Source: Candidatus Methylomirabilota bacterium (GTDB lineage: Bacteria > Methylomirabilota > Methylomirabilia > Methylomirabilales > Methylomirabilaceae). Taken from it: a stretch of 64,000 bases of DNA. The notes under the pieces were generated by a model, which made no database searches, was not told where the DNA came from, and worked only from the letters and a program-made list of their open reading frames with translations. Location of the stretch: positions 1,242 to 65,241 of the forward strand of contig JAGWQH010000096.1 in assembly GCA_028870115.1 (NCBI GenBank). The letters run 5' to 3'. Shown here piece by piece: positions 53,788 to 63,707 of this stretch (its first letter is position 1; each line of letters begins with the position of its first letter). Both the position numbers and the translations under genes were made by a program.

Positions 53788-56700
53788 ATGACGCGTAAGT
53801 CCAAGGACGCATCTTCCAAAAACAACCAGTTGGGTTTGGGGATTCAGTACGACGACCACACGTCGGCGTTCGCGTGTCGAGGCGTTTTCTCTCTCAATTA
53901 CCTCAATCAGCATTTTGCCAAGTCAGAAAGTTTCCCGTCCCCCGACGAGGCACGGCCCATTTACGAAAAACTCAAGGCGCGTTGGTTTGAAGATTACGCT
54001 GGCCTTTGCAAACGAAACGAGGCTTACACGCGCACGCAATTCCTTAACCCGCTGTTGAACGAATTAGATTGGACGTTTATTCCTGAACAGGGCTTGCCGT
54101 CAAAGGGTGCGCCGCGCAAACAGCCTGACTACTGTCTGTTTCTCGACGACGAAACACGCCAGCGAGCCGCAAAAGAAACGGAGACTGCCGACGTTTTTCG
54201 CGAGGCCGTGACCGTTTTAGAAGCCAAGAAAGTCCAACACTCTCTCGATGAGATTTCCAACAGAGAGACGCCCGGCTGGTTTCCGAGCCAGCAAATTCAA
54301 GACTATCTCCGCAAAGCAAAGGACAAAACCGGCAATCGTTATTTCAACTGGGCGATTTTGACCAACGGCAACGAATGGCGTCTCTACTGTGAGCAAGCTC
54401 CCAATGACGCCTATTTCGCGTTCCACCTGGCCTACCGCGAAGAATTCTGTTCGTTGGAAGATTTCCGTTTGTTCCTGGCTCTCTTCCGGCCGCAGTCGTT
54501 TGAATTGAACGGCGAACGGCGTTGCCTGCTGGACACCCTTCGCGAGGAAGCTCTCACGCGCCAGGCCGAACTCGAAAGCAATTTGCGCAAGCGCATCTTC
54601 GACGTTCTCGAAGATTTGGCCAACGGCTTCCGCGATTATCCGGACAACAAGATCACCAAAGACAATTTTGCGGCGCTCTACGAGACGTTGCTGATTTTTC
54701 TCTATCGCTTGCTGTTTGTTCTCTATGCCGAAAGCCGCGGTCTGCTGCCTGTCAAACCAAGCGGCTACGGCTCAAGCAAACTGTACCGGGACAAATTTTC
54801 TCTCGCCCGTCTGGTCAACACACTTCGCGACAAAGCCAGTTATTCCAGCGAACACTTCACGGACCTTTACGAGGATCTGCTGAGACTGTTCGGGCTGATT
54901 AACGGCGACAAACCGAAGCAGAACGAGGAGTGCAAAGTTACCCGTTACAACGGCGGTTTATTCAATCCGCAACCGCATCGCAACATCGAAAAATGGCGCG
55001 TCAGCGACAAGCATCTCGCCAGCGTCCTGCGCCAACTGATTTTTTCGCAACCGCCCGCGCGAAGTTCCGCCCGGCAGCAACAGATCACCACCGACGAAAC
55101 GATTGATTACGGCCTGCTGGAGGTCCGGCAGCTTGGCGACATTTACGAGGGCTTGCTCGGCGCAGTGCTGGAAGTCAACGACAAGGGACGGCTGGAATTA
55201 CGAAGCGCCAACGGTGAGAACCATCGCCACGGCATTATTTACACGCCTGATTGGATTGTCTGTTATCTTCTGCGTGAATCCCTGCAACCGCTGATTAACG
55301 GAATCGAAGCCAGCCCGGAAGTGCGGGCCGCACTCAAGGCCAATTCCAACGAAAAGAAGCGCGACAATAGCTTCGCGCTCGCCGTATTGCGCCTGAATCT
55401 GCTTGATCCCACGATGGGCAGCGGCCATTTCCTCGTTCGCGCCACGGAATGGCTCGCGGAGCAGATCGTGTATCATCCCACGACGCAGACCATGACCGAA
55501 AAGGTCGTCGCTACCGGCGCAAGCCGCCGCTCGCGTGAAGACATTTTGAAGAGGGGCAAAATCCCCGTCGCGCCCGGCGCGTCGCAGGAGCAGGCGGAAA
55601 TTGCCTACTGGCGTCGCCGCGTTGTTGAATCCTGCATTTACGGCGTGGACGTAAATCCCCTCGCGGTGGAACTGGCCAAACTTTCGCTCTGGCTCACCTG
55701 CATCGCCGCTGATGAGCCGCTGAATTTCCTCGATCACCATTTACGCACAGGTAATTCCCTGCTCTCGGTGAACCCTGGCGAGCTGCGGCATCTACCGGTC
55801 GCTACCAAAGCTGAAACAGCGCAACTGACTTTTAACATCGGAGGGCGCATGACCGAAGCGATCAAGGCGGTCATTGCCGAAAACGTCCACATCGAAGAAA
55901 CGGCCAGTACCGAAATGGACTTGGTGAAGGGCAAGGAAACGCGCTGGAAAAACGTCCGCGAAAAACTCCGCCCATTCCTTTACCTTGCCGACGTGTGGCT
56001 CGCGGCGCTGGATGGCCTGCCGCTTAATGAACTGAATTACCAAATGCTCGCCCGCGCCGAACTTGCGCCGGGCGAACTGGACCACAAAGAGAAGGCCGAC
56101 GCCAAAAAGCTCCGCGATTCGCTCGCCAAGGACCTTCATGCGAAGCACAAGGCGCTCACTCCGTTCCACTGGCGCCTGGAATTTCCCGACGTCTTTTTTG
56201 AAACCGACGGCCAGCCCCGCTCGGAAGCCGAGTGCGGCTTCGACTGTCTACTGGGCAACCCGCCGTACATTTCCACACACACCAGCAGCGCCGAAAGTTG
56301 GCGCGACGCCCTTCATAAACGCACCGGATACCTGGAAGACCTCTACGTCCATTTCACCGATTTGGGTTTTCAGATTCTTCGTCCCGGTGGACGATTCGGG
56401 TTCATCGTCTCTGACACGTTCTTCACGCTGGCGAGTAAGTTGCGAATGCGGAAAATACTCCAGACGCATGCCCTGACCCACCTCGGTCAGTGTGACCCAT
56501 TTGACGCGACCGTGGACGCCGCTATTTTCGTCGCCACCAAAACCACGCCGACTTGTCCGGCCAAGTTTGATGACATGCTCTTTGTTCAGGCCCGCCCGCG
56601 CAAAGTCGCCAACGGCAAATCAACCAACCCGGAAAAGGATTTGCCGACACTGAAATCGGCTAACGAAATTGACTTTTCCGGTTCGACCGCGCTTGCCGCA

Positions 56701-58266
56701 ATTGCTGGCGAAGTGAAACACGGCGAGCATGGCTGCCTGCGCTTTCATCGCGTGCCTGGCGCGCTTTACCGCGCCGCGCACAAGCAGGTTTTCTTTGAGC
56801 CGCGCCCCGGCACTCTCATGCTCTTTGAAAGGTTCAACGAGCCGGTGAAACAACTTGTCGCGGAATGGTGGGAGCGGATCGAGACTTCGCAGAAATTTTC
56901 CGACAACCACGCGAACATCCACGCTTATCACGCCTCACTAAGACCGGGCACCGTTACACTCGTTGGGCTGATTGCCGAAGGCGGCCAAGGAATGCGGACT
57001 GCGAACAACGCCCGTTTTCTCGGCTACCTGCACGGCACGCCCGCCGCCGATGATATTCTTGCCAAGCGCGAGGAATGGACAAAACGCTGGCTGGCTGACG
57101 CAGAAATCAAACCGGTATTTCTCAGATTGCTTGCGAAGAACGGTGGCGATGCCAATAAGCCGACACGAAACAGTGCCGCCTGGGAAGCCTGCGTTGAACC
57201 GTTGAAAGCACAATTCACACAGGCAAAACTCGGCTTCACTAAAACTGATCTTTACCGCATTGTGTTGCCTGATTTGATAGCCAAGCCGGCAGATTTTGAA
57301 TTTGCCTTTTCCGAACGCAAAAAGGAGTTGCTCACGCTGTGGCGTACGGCAAGGGACTTGAAAGATTTTTGGGAGGCTGACCTGGAACTCGGTTTCAGCA
57401 AGGGCACACGGAAAAAACTCCAGACACAAGCTGACGTTTCCGACAAGGATTTTTGGGAGCTGTGCCAGGAATTGCAGTCATGGGTGAAATCACGGCGTAA
57501 GGCGGGAAAGGCTCTTGGCTTGCGCTCGGCTGAAAATTACACCGACCCCGTCGACGCGCCGCGCATTGCCGCGATTTACAACGGCCTGAGCGGACATGGC
57601 CAGTTTGTTCCATTCCGCAAAGGCGACCCCGAAGGTAATCGCTGGGTGGATAACGAGCCGCTCTTCATTGATTGGTCGAAGGCATCAGTGGATTGGCTTT
57701 CAGGAGCGCCCGAAGCTCGTTGGCAAGGTCACAAATATTTCTTCACAAGCGGGATAACTTGGACAGCCGTTGCCAATCACGTCGCCATGAAAGCCCGCTA
57801 CCAGGAACCATGCGTTTTCGACGCCGACAGTATGCGGCTGACGCCGCAACCAAGCGTGATTGAACCGTTGGCCTTTCTCGCGTTGCTCAATTCAGATGTG
57901 ATGAGTTTCATCAAAATGAAGTTCATCAAGCACACGCAGAAATGGGAGATCGGCGACTTGCGCCAGTTGCCGCTGGTGATGCCGACGAAAGCGCAAGAAA
58001 AGCGGCTGAAAGAATTGGCCGAGCAAGCCATGGAAGCCAAGCGGCTCACCTTCACCGGCGCTACGCCGTCGAACGAATTGGTGGCGTCTATCCGCAACCT
58101 CTCGGAAAAACTCGTCGCCACCGCCCCGACGTATCTGCGCCCGACGGCGCAATTTAAACTTCTGCACACCGCGGCCGATTGTCTGGCTGTAATTGAACTG
58201 ACCGTGAATTGGGAAGCCGAAAAGCTTTACGGCGTGGAAGGCTTGGGCCCATTTAATGAATTCTAG
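53788..58266 (+). CDS. Type IIG/Eco57I-like restriction endonuclease-N6-adenine methyltransferase fusion
   Basis: N-terminal PDY...LEAK nuclease motif, ILTNG.EWRLY, YNGGLF, LG.IYEGLL, YTP.WIV, motif I DPTMGSGHFL, IYGVD.NP.AVEL..LSLWL, motif IV GNPPY, C-terminal TRD. Confidence 0.9.
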   Translation: MTRKSKDASSKNNQLGLGIQYDDHTSAFACRGVFSLNYLNQHFAKSESFPSPDEARPIYEKLKARWFEDYAGLCKRNEAYTRTQFLNPLLNELDWTFIPEQGLPSKGAPRKQPDYCLFLDDETRQRAAKETETADVFREAVTVLEAKKVQHSLDEISNRETPGWFPSQQIQDYLRKAKDKTGNRYFNWAILTNGNEWRLYCEQAPNDAYFAFHLAYREEFCSLEDFRLFLALFRPQSFELNGERRCLLDTLREEALTRQAELESNLRKRIFDVLEDLANGFRDYPDNKITKDNFAALYETLLIFLYRLLFVLYAESRGLLPVKPSGYGSSKLYRDKFSLARLVNTLRDKASYSSEHFTDLYEDLLRLFGLINGDKPKQNEECKVTRYNGGLFNPQPHRNIEKWRVSDKHLASVLRQLIFSQPPARSSARQQQITTDETIDYGLLEVRQLGDIYEGLLGAVLEVNDKGRLELRSANGENHRHGIIYTPDWIVCYLLRESLQPLINGIEASPEVRAALKANSNEKKRDNSFALAVLRLNLLDPTMGSGHFLVRATEWLAEQIVYHPTTQTMTEKVVATGASRRSREDILKRGKIPVAPGASQEQAEIAYWRRRVVESCIYGVDVNPLAVELAKLSLWLTCIAADEPLNFLDHHLRTGNSLLSVNPGELRHLPVATKAETAQLTFNIGGRMTEAIKAVIAENVHIEETASTEMDLVKGKETRWKNVREKLRPFLYLADVWLAALDGLPLNELNYQMLARAELAPGELDHKEKADAKKLRDSLAKDLHAKHKALTPFHWRLEFPDVFFETDGQPRSEAECGFDCLLGNPPYISTHTSSAESWRDALHKRTGYLEDLYVHFTDLGFQILRPGGRFGFIVSDTFFTLASKLRMRKILQTHALTHLGQCDPFDATVDAAIFVATKTTPTCPAKFDDMLFVQARPRKVANGKSTNPEKDLPTLKSANEIDFSGSTALAAIAGEVKHGEHGCLRFHRVPGALYRAAHKQVFFEPRPGTLMLFERFNEPVKQLVAEWWERIETSQKFSDNHANIHAYHASLRPGTVTLVGLIAEGGQGMRTANNARFLGYLHGTPAADDILAKREEWTKRWLADAEIKPVFLRLLAKNGGDANKPTRNSAAWEACVEPLKAQFTQAKLGFTKTDLYRIVLPDLIAKPADFEFAFSERKKELLTLWRTARDLKDFWEADLELGFSKGTRKKLQTQADVSDKDFWELCQELQSWVKSRRKAGKALGLRSAENYTDPVDAPRIAAIYNGLSGHGQFVPFRKGDPEGNRWVDNEPLFIDWSKASVDWLSGAPEARWQGHKYFFTSGITWTAVANHVAMKARYQEPCVFDADSMRLTPQPSVIEPLAFLALLNSDVMSFIKMKFIKHTQKWEIGDLRQLPLVMPTKAQEKRLKELAEQAMEAKRLTFTGATPSNELVASIRNLSEKLVATAPTYLRPTAQFKLLHTAADCLAVIELTVNWEAEKLYGVEGLGPFNEF

Positions 58267-58577
58267 TCACGCGCGTTGGTGATGGATTGAGAGACTCCAG
58301 CGAACAATGATATTACGCCTAGCGCGCCATTTCGGAACCGATGCCCAATCCTGGCTGAACTTGCAAACTGTCTATAAACTGCCTGTTGCGGAGCTGGCAT
58401 TCGGCCATGCCATCGATCGCCAAGTACAGCCCCCCGCGAAGCGGCGCGATTAAGGTACCGCACAGACTTGACAACTTCCTGGCAAGACAGCAGAATCGCT
58501 GTAGTCGCCAAATGTGTCGGGTAGCGATGCATCGGTCAATACACTCAACGGTCGGCCAGCACTGCAACGAGGCGTTA

Positions 58578-59039
58578 TTGAGTACCCGGTCGTCTGGCGC
58601 CATCCGCACGGTCGCGCTACTTGAAGCCATGAAAGGCTCACTCGTCCTCCTGGCCGGAATTGGCGCATTGTCTCTCATTCATCATGATGCCCAACGGTTC
58701 GCCGAACGGTTGGTGGGTCACTTACACCTCAATCCGGCCAGCAGTTACCCGCGCATTTTCCTTGACTTCGCCGCGAAGGCCACGGATTCGCGATTAAGAA
58801 CACTGGCAGCATTCGCTGCAGGGTATGCGTTGGTACGCTTAATAGAGGCTTATGGCCTATGGCGAGAAAGACATTGGGCGGAGTGGTTCGCAGCAGTAAG
58901 CGGGGGCATCTATATCCCTTTTGAGATATACAAATTGTTTCGCGGCGATGCGTGGCTTTCCCTTGGAGCGCTTTCAGCCAACATCGTCGTCGTAGGGTTG
59001 ATGATCAAAGCGTTGCTTCGCGGACACCCTGTGGAATAG
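58578..59039 (+). CDS. DUF2127 membrane protein
   Basis: ALLEAMKG, YALVRLIEAYGLW....WAEW, IYIPFEIY; start tentative (TTG 58578 after GAGG). Confidence 0.85.
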   Translation: MSTRSSGAIRTVALLEAMKGSLVLLAGIGALSLIHHDAQRFAERLVGHLHLNPASSYPRIFLDFAAKATDSRLRTLAAFAAGYALVRLIEAYGLWRERHWAEWFAAVSGGIYIPFEIYKLFRGDAWLSLGALSANIVVVGLMIKALLRGHPVE

Positions 59040-59107
59040 AAAAGCGACGATGCATTTTGTCAAAGTAGCTTCTGTGGACGTGCCCATGAATCCGTCTTCT
59101 GGATTTT

Positions 59108-59214
59108 GGAACCTGCCCCGAACCCGATCCGCGGTCAAGCCCGGAATGACAATCCATGACTATGGAGCACGTGAGGAAAGAACGGTTGGATCGCTTCCCT
59201 ACGCTCGCAATGAC
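59108..59214. repeat. Two REP-like elements ending in AATGAC between convergent genes
   Basis: ...GGTCAAGCCCGGAATGAC (to 59150) and GGATCGCTTCCCTACGCTCGCAATGAC (59188-59214). Confidence 0.6.
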
Positions 59215-59304
59215 GGATCCCGGAAAGCAAAGGGCCGGACGACCATAGACTCGCCCGGCCCTTCACGCACGCTTATAATGACGCGCTATTCAGATTTGTA
59301 CATC

Positions 59305-59595
59305 TTACGTCATCGCCGATCGCTTGGCCACGAAGCAGGGCTTGCAGAAGACCGGTTTGTCGAGGATCGGCTTGAAGGGAACGGAAGTCTGCTGGCCACA
59401 GGCCGAGCAGACGACCTCGTACTCCTGGCGGGGGCCTCCATGGCCGCCTACCCCTTTGCGTACCGACTTGCAGCCCTTGCACCGTTTCGGCTCATTCATG
59501 AATCCTTTCTGTGCATAAAACTCCTGCTCGCCCGCGGTGAAGGTAAACTGCTGTCCACAATCAACACACGTCAGTGACTTATCCTGGAATGCCAT
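59305..59595 (-). CDS. Zinc-ribbon plus CxxC-x17-CxxC domain protein
   Basis: MAFQDKSLTCVDCG..F.FT.GEQEFY..KGF.NEPKRC..C, then CSACG...VPF.P....PVFC..CF. Confidence 0.92.
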   Translation of the reverse strand: MAFQDKSLTCVDCGQQFTFTAGEQEFYAQKGFMNEPKRCKGCKSVRKGVGGHGGPRQEYEVVCSACGQQTSVPFKPILDKPVFCKPCFVAKRSAMT

Positions 59596-59726
59596 TGGCT
59601 GCCTCCTGCCAAACCGAAACCCATTGTTGCCCCGTTCCTATACCTCAACGCTCCCTGAGTACACCGTTCCCGCCTAGCCTCGATCTTTAGCTCGTCATAG
59701 GCCCTCCCCTCGTGTAAGATCCAACG

Positions 59727-60887
59727 TCAGATGCCGTGCCGTGGAAACACTACCCGTCTGAGAAATCCCACTGTCTCCCTGACCTCCTTCCAGGCGCACG
59801 CCTTGGCTGTCCCCTCAATGATTGCAGGGGCATCTATGAATGCCGTACCGTTCCACTCGATCCCCTTGTGTCGGGCCAGGAAGAATTCTGGAAGCAAAGC
59901 CGGCGGCTCACAATCGTTCATGATAGCCCAGGCGGCCGTCCAGGCGCGAGCGACGTTTCTGAGGTCATATCCACCTCCGCCGAGCGCCACCCATCGGTCG
60001 CAGAGATCTTTCAGACGCCGGACTGCCTTGACGAATGCCCCAAGGCTGATTCCAATGTGGGAGAGGGGATCGGTCCGGTGTGCATCGATGCCAAGCTGAG
60101 TAATCAAGATATCGGGTTGAAAGGCCTCCACAAGAGGCGGGATCACTTCATTGAAACACCAGAGGAAGATCTCGTCATCCGTAGAGGGCGGGAGAGGGAC
60201 ATTGACTGAGTACCCCTTCCCCTTCCCCTCACCGACTTCGTTCACGAACCCGGTGCCAGGAAACAGGGTGCTGCCGCTCTCGTGGATTGACAGCGTCAAG
60301 ACTTGATCCGTATCGTAAAATGCCCACTGAACGCCATCGCCGTGGTGCGCGTCGATGTCCACGTAGGCCACTCGATGCCCGCGCCGACAGAGGTCAGCGA
60401 TGATCAGCGCAGCATCATTGATGTAACAGAATCCGGATGCCCTTCCAGGTCCGGCATGGTGGAGACCTCCGGACATATTAAACGCCGTCCACACCTCGCC
60501 CGATTCCACCAGGCGCATGGCACGCAGCGAGGCGCCGGCCACCAGCGCAGACCATCGGTAGATTCCTGGAAGGATCGGGTTATCGGGAGTGCCGAGGCCA
60601 TACCGGGCCGCTTCCAGGGGAGAGTGACCGGCACCTGTCTGCCCGCCAGGCAGGTCGGCCGCCTTGAGAACCTTCAGGTAGTCAGGCTTCAGAAAGACCA
60701 GGAGTTCATCGTCAGTGGCAGGTTCAGGTTCGACAGAACGGGTTGAAGGAAAGGATAGTAACTCGCACGCATTAATCAGATCGTAGGTGAGCCCAAGCCG
60801 CTCATTGCGAAGCGGATGCCCCGGTCCATAGTCGAACTCCAGGAACCGCGGGGTATAAATAAACGCTGCCCTGAATTCAGAAGACAT
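59727..60887 (-). CDS. Histone-deacetylase/AcuC-family Zn deacetylase
   Basis: GHP....R, GGLHHA, SGFCYIND, DIDAHHGDG, SIHE, GIDAH..DPL, GGGGY. Confidence 0.95.
   Translation of the reverse strand: MSSEFRAAFIYTPRFLEFDYGPGHPLRNERLGLTYDLINACELLSFPSTRSVEPEPATDDELLVFLKPDYLKVLKAADLPGGQTGAGHSPLEAARYGLGTPDNPILPGIYRWSALVAGASLRAMRLVESGEVWTAFNMSGGLHHAGPGRASGFCYINDAALIIADLCRRGHRVAYVDIDAHHGDGVQWAFYDTDQVLTLSIHESGSTLFPGTGFVNEVGEGKGKGYSVNVPLPPSTDDEIFLWCFNEVIPPLVEAFQPDILITQLGIDAHRTDPLSHIGISLGAFVKAVRRLKDLCDRWVALGGGGYDLRNVARAWTAAWAIMNDCEPPALLPEFFLARHKGIEWNGTAFIDAPAIIEGTAKACAWKEVRETVGFLRRVVFPRHGI
60634..60654. repeat. 21-bp palindromic element, in frame inside HDAC gene
   Basis: CCTGTCTGCCCGCCAGGCAGG; coding strand encodes DLPGGQTG. 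Confidence 0.75.
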
Positions 60888-60937
60888 CCTGAGCGCCTAG
60901 CTGCGTACCGGAGGTCTTAATCCTTGTCGGGAGGCTA

Positions 60938-61435
60938 TCAGACGCCGGCTCCGTTCTCGCCAGGCCGACAATACACCCCGCTCTTCCCCCCTGTCTTCCC
61001 GATCAGACGGATTGCGCCGATCACCATCTCCCTGTCTACCGCCTTGCACATATCGTAGACGGTCAGGGCTGCCATCGCTACGGCCGTAAGGGCTTCCATT
61101 TCTGCCCCGGTTCGTCCCGTGACCTTGATCCGTGATTCGATGTCCAGACGCCCTGCTTTCTCGACCGGCGTGAATTCGACTTCGGCACTGGAGAGGAGGA
61201 GGGGATGACAGAGTGGAATAAGGTCAGACACCCTTTTTGCCGCCATGAGCCCGGCGAGCCTGGCAGCCGCCAGGACATCGCCCTTCGGGACCCTTCCCTT
61301 CTCGATCATGCGAAGGGTCTCGGGCTGCATGGTGATTGTACCTCTGGCTACGGCCTCCCGCCTGGTCTCGTCTTTCTCACTGATATCGACCATGCGGGCG
61401 TGGCCATGCCGGTCGACGTGAGTCAGCCGCTTCAT
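60938..61435 (-). CDS. moaC: Cyclic pyranopterin monophosphate synthase
   Basis: LTHVD..G.ARMVDIS.K, KGDVL..AR.AG, LIPLCHPL, TGAEMEALT, YDMCKAVD; ATGA overlap at 61432-61435. Confidence 0.97.
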   Translation of the reverse strand: MKRLTHVDRHGHARMVDISEKDETRREAVARGTITMQPETLRMIEKGRVPKGDVLAAARLAGLMAAKRVSDLIPLCHPLLLSSAEVEFTPVEKAGRLDIESRIKVTGRTGAEMEALTAVAMAALTVYDMCKAVDREMVIGAIRLIGKTGGKSGVYCRPGENGAGV

Positions 61436-61680
61436 TTTTGGGACGTGGCCGGCATGTGATTGCGCCGGTGCTGACGCATAATCACGTGCATCTGATCTTT
61501 GATTGTCAGTTTGAGCTTTTGTAGCTCCTTCCGTTTTCGCTCCTGCTCGCTCGTCAGGTAATAGATCCGGTCCAACTCGTTGATCTTCACATCGAATTCT
61601 CTGTGCTTCTCGGCCAGTCGCTGAAACTCCGGATTCTCCTCCCTGAGACGAGCAAAGAGTTGTGCTTCCGTCTCCTCCAT
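61432..61680 (-). CDS. DUF465 (YdcH-like) coiled-coil protein
   Basis: L.EEN.EF..L..KH.E.D..I..L...LKKLKL..KD pattern; SD GGAGG. Confidence 0.85.
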   Translation of the reverse strand: MEETEAQLFARLREENPEFQRLAEKHREFDVKINELDRIYYLTSEQERKRKELQKLKLTIKDQMHVIMRQHRRNHMPATSQK

Positions 61681-61848
61681 CTTTTACCTCCTCTCGGGTG
61701 GATTGTGACCGCGATGGCGACACCTCGTCGCTGAATGGCACTCAACGCCCAAGGGCTCGCGCTGACGAGCGCCTCTCAGCGTTGACAGGCTGGACTGCTC
61801 GTACGTAAAGGCAGGCATATGTCGTGAGGGAAATTCCATTTTGACCTT

Positions 61849-61877
61849 AACTTACCCAACCGTCGAACGAAAGTCAA
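61849..61877 (-). promoter_or_regulatory. sigma70 promoter for DUF465-moaC(-HDAC)
   Basis: TTGACT-N17-TAAGTT. Confidence 0.55.
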
Positions 61878-61889
61878 GGACAAAAACCA

Positions 61890-62981
61890 TCAGGCACAGT
61901 GGATGACATGGGGAGCGGTGGCTTTGAATGTGGCCACCACGTCAGCTCCGTCCTGCAGGCCGAGTTGCTCCCACGACTGCCGGGTGACTGTCGCCACGAT
62001 CAGGACGCCGCAGTCAATTGTCACCCGATAGGTGGAGCCGGCCGGCAGATGGCGGACCACCCGACCGTAGAGCCGATTTCGCGCGCTGGAGGTGGTCAGG
62101 GTTGCTCGGGAAGGGAAGAGCGTGATTTCCTCCGGCCTGAGGCAGACCAGCACGCGCTCCCCCGGTGTCAATGGCGCGGCCACTTCCAGGGCCCACCCCT
62201 GGACCTCAACGGTGGTAAGCCCGTGGCTCACGGACTGCACATGGCCCCTCAGAATCGTTTCAATGCCGACGAAACGGGCTACCTCCTCGTTGATCGGCTC
62301 GGCAAAGACCCGCTCCGGCGTGTCCACCTGCAGCACCCGACCACCTATCATGACGGCGACCTGAGTGCTCAGTGCCAACGCCTCATTCCGATCGTGCGTC
62401 ACGAAGATCGTGGTGATCCGTCGCTTGTCGAGAATCGCCTTAAGGTCAACCAGCAGCCCCTCGCGGGCCGGAGGGTCCAGGGCCGCGAACGGCTCATCCA
62501 GCAGGAAGACCTCCGGGTCGAGGACCAGGGCCCGCGCCAGACTTACCCTTTGCGCCTCTCCACCTGAAAGGGTCCGGGTGCGCCGTGTGGCCAGATGTCC
62601 GATGCCAAGGGTGGCCATGCTCTCCTGCACGCGCCTGCTCACCTCGATCGAATCGACACGCCGGAGTCTGAGTCCGAGCGCTACGTTTGCCTCCACAGTT
62701 CCATCAGTCAGCAATGACTCCTGAAAGACGCTGGCCATACGGCGGCGGACCACCAGCAGATTGCCGTACGACTGGACCGGCTGACCCCTGAAGAGGACGC
62801 GCCCTTCAGTGGGGTGCTCCAAAAATCCGAGGAGTCGAAGCAGTGTTGATTTGCCGGCCCCGTTTGGACCGATGACGGCCAGAGTCTGTCCCTCCTGGAC
62901 CTCAAATGCCGGCGCGTCAAGGACCAGCATGCCGTCGTAGGTCACTGTGACCCGCTCGAGGCGGAGTATCGGCCCGCTCAC
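61890..62981 (-). CDS. Tungstate/molybdate ABC ATPase with TOBE domains (TupC/WtpC-like)
   Basis: GPNGAGKST, LSGGEAQR, LLDEPF, C-terminal SSARN...G.V and TOBE (ATFKATA). Confidence 0.9.
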   Translation of the reverse strand: MSGPILRLERVTVTYDGMLVLDAPAFEVQEGQTLAVIGPNGAGKSTLLRLLGFLEHPTEGRVLFRGQPVQSYGNLLVVRRRMASVFQESLLTDGTVEANVALGLRLRRVDSIEVSRRVQESMATLGIGHLATRRTRTLSGGEAQRVSLARALVLDPEVFLLDEPFAALDPPAREGLLVDLKAILDKRRITTIFVTHDRNEALALSTQVAVMIGGRVLQVDTPERVFAEPINEEVARFVGIETILRGHVQSVSHGLTTVEVQGWALEVAAPLTPGERVLVCLRPEEITLFPSRATLTTSSARNRLYGRVVRHLPAGSTYRVTIDCGVLIVATVTRQSWEQLGLQDGADVVATFKATAPHVIHCA

Positions 62982-63676
62982 GGTGTCCGCCCTCGTTGCT
63001 GGATCCAGGTGAGGGTCACATTCACGCCAAAGGTCAGGAGCATCAGCAGAAGCGACAGTGCGATCGCCATATCGAAATTCCCCCGGCTGGTTTCCAGGAC
63101 CGTAGCGGTGGTGAGCACCCGCGTCTGCCGGTAGATATTGCCGCCCACCATCATAGAAGCGCCGATTTCGGAGATGACCGCACCGAAGCCGGCCATCAGC
63201 GCCGCCAAGAGCGGCAGGCGCGCCTCTTTGAGGAGGAGATACACGACCTGAAGCCTCGAGGCGCCCAGCCCCATAAGCTGCAGGCGCAGGCGCGGGTTCA
63301 ACTGCTGCACGGCGGCGACGGTGAGGCCGGTGACGACCGGGCCGGCGATCACGAGTTGGGCGAGAATAATGGCAATTGGCGTATAGAGTAACTCCAAAAA
63401 GCCCAGTGGGCCACTCCGCCAGAGGAAGATACTCACGAATAAGCCCACGACGACCGGCGGCACGCCCATTCCGGTGTTGACCAGACTGATGGCGAGGCCT
63501 CGCCCGGGAAAGCGGCTCAAGGCCAAGATGGTGCCCAGCGGAATGCCGATCAGCAGGCTGAGCAGGGTCGCGGTTCCCGAGACCTGCAGCGACAGCAGCA
63601 TAATCCGCCGCACCTCCGGGTCGCCGTAAATGAGGAGCAGGACAGCCTGCTTGGTGCCTTGCCAGATCAGCTCCAT
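62978..63676 (-). CDS. Tungstate ABC permease (TupB-like)
   Basis: VNTGMGVPPVVVGL, LLYTP.AII.AQ, ISEIGASMMVGGNI..QTRVLTTA.VLETSRG. Confidence 0.9.
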   Translation of the reverse strand: MELIWQGTKQAVLLLIYGDPEVRRIMLLSLQVSGTATLLSLLIGIPLGTILALSRFPGRGLAISLVNTGMGVPPVVVGLFVSIFLWRSGPLGFLELLYTPIAIILAQLVIAGPVVTGLTVAAVQQLNPRLRLQLMGLGASRLQVVYLLLKEARLPLLAALMAGFGAVISEIGASMMVGGNIYRQTRVLTTATVLETSRGNFDMAIALSLLLMLLTFGVNVTLTWIQQRGRTP

Positions 63677-63707
63677 GTTCGCTCCTCCACGCAGCTACTG
63701 TCGATCA

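Noticed and set aside
58263-58678. ORFs 58263-58532 and 58319-58678 (minus) and the 5' extension of the DUF2127 ORF
   Set aside because: No motifs, mutually overlapping; probably non-coding or degraded flank of the R-M insertion
35633-61741. N-terminal extensions given by the ORF track for rpsO, DUF503, purL, holB, moaC and others
   Set aside because: Extensions overlap upstream genes or translate repeat DNA; downstream starts have SD sites or ATGA coupling
61681-61845. Canonical Moco riboswitch call
   Set aside because: Conserved 3' CCUCC...GGAAAGG-type features not found; kept only as an unnamed leader candidate
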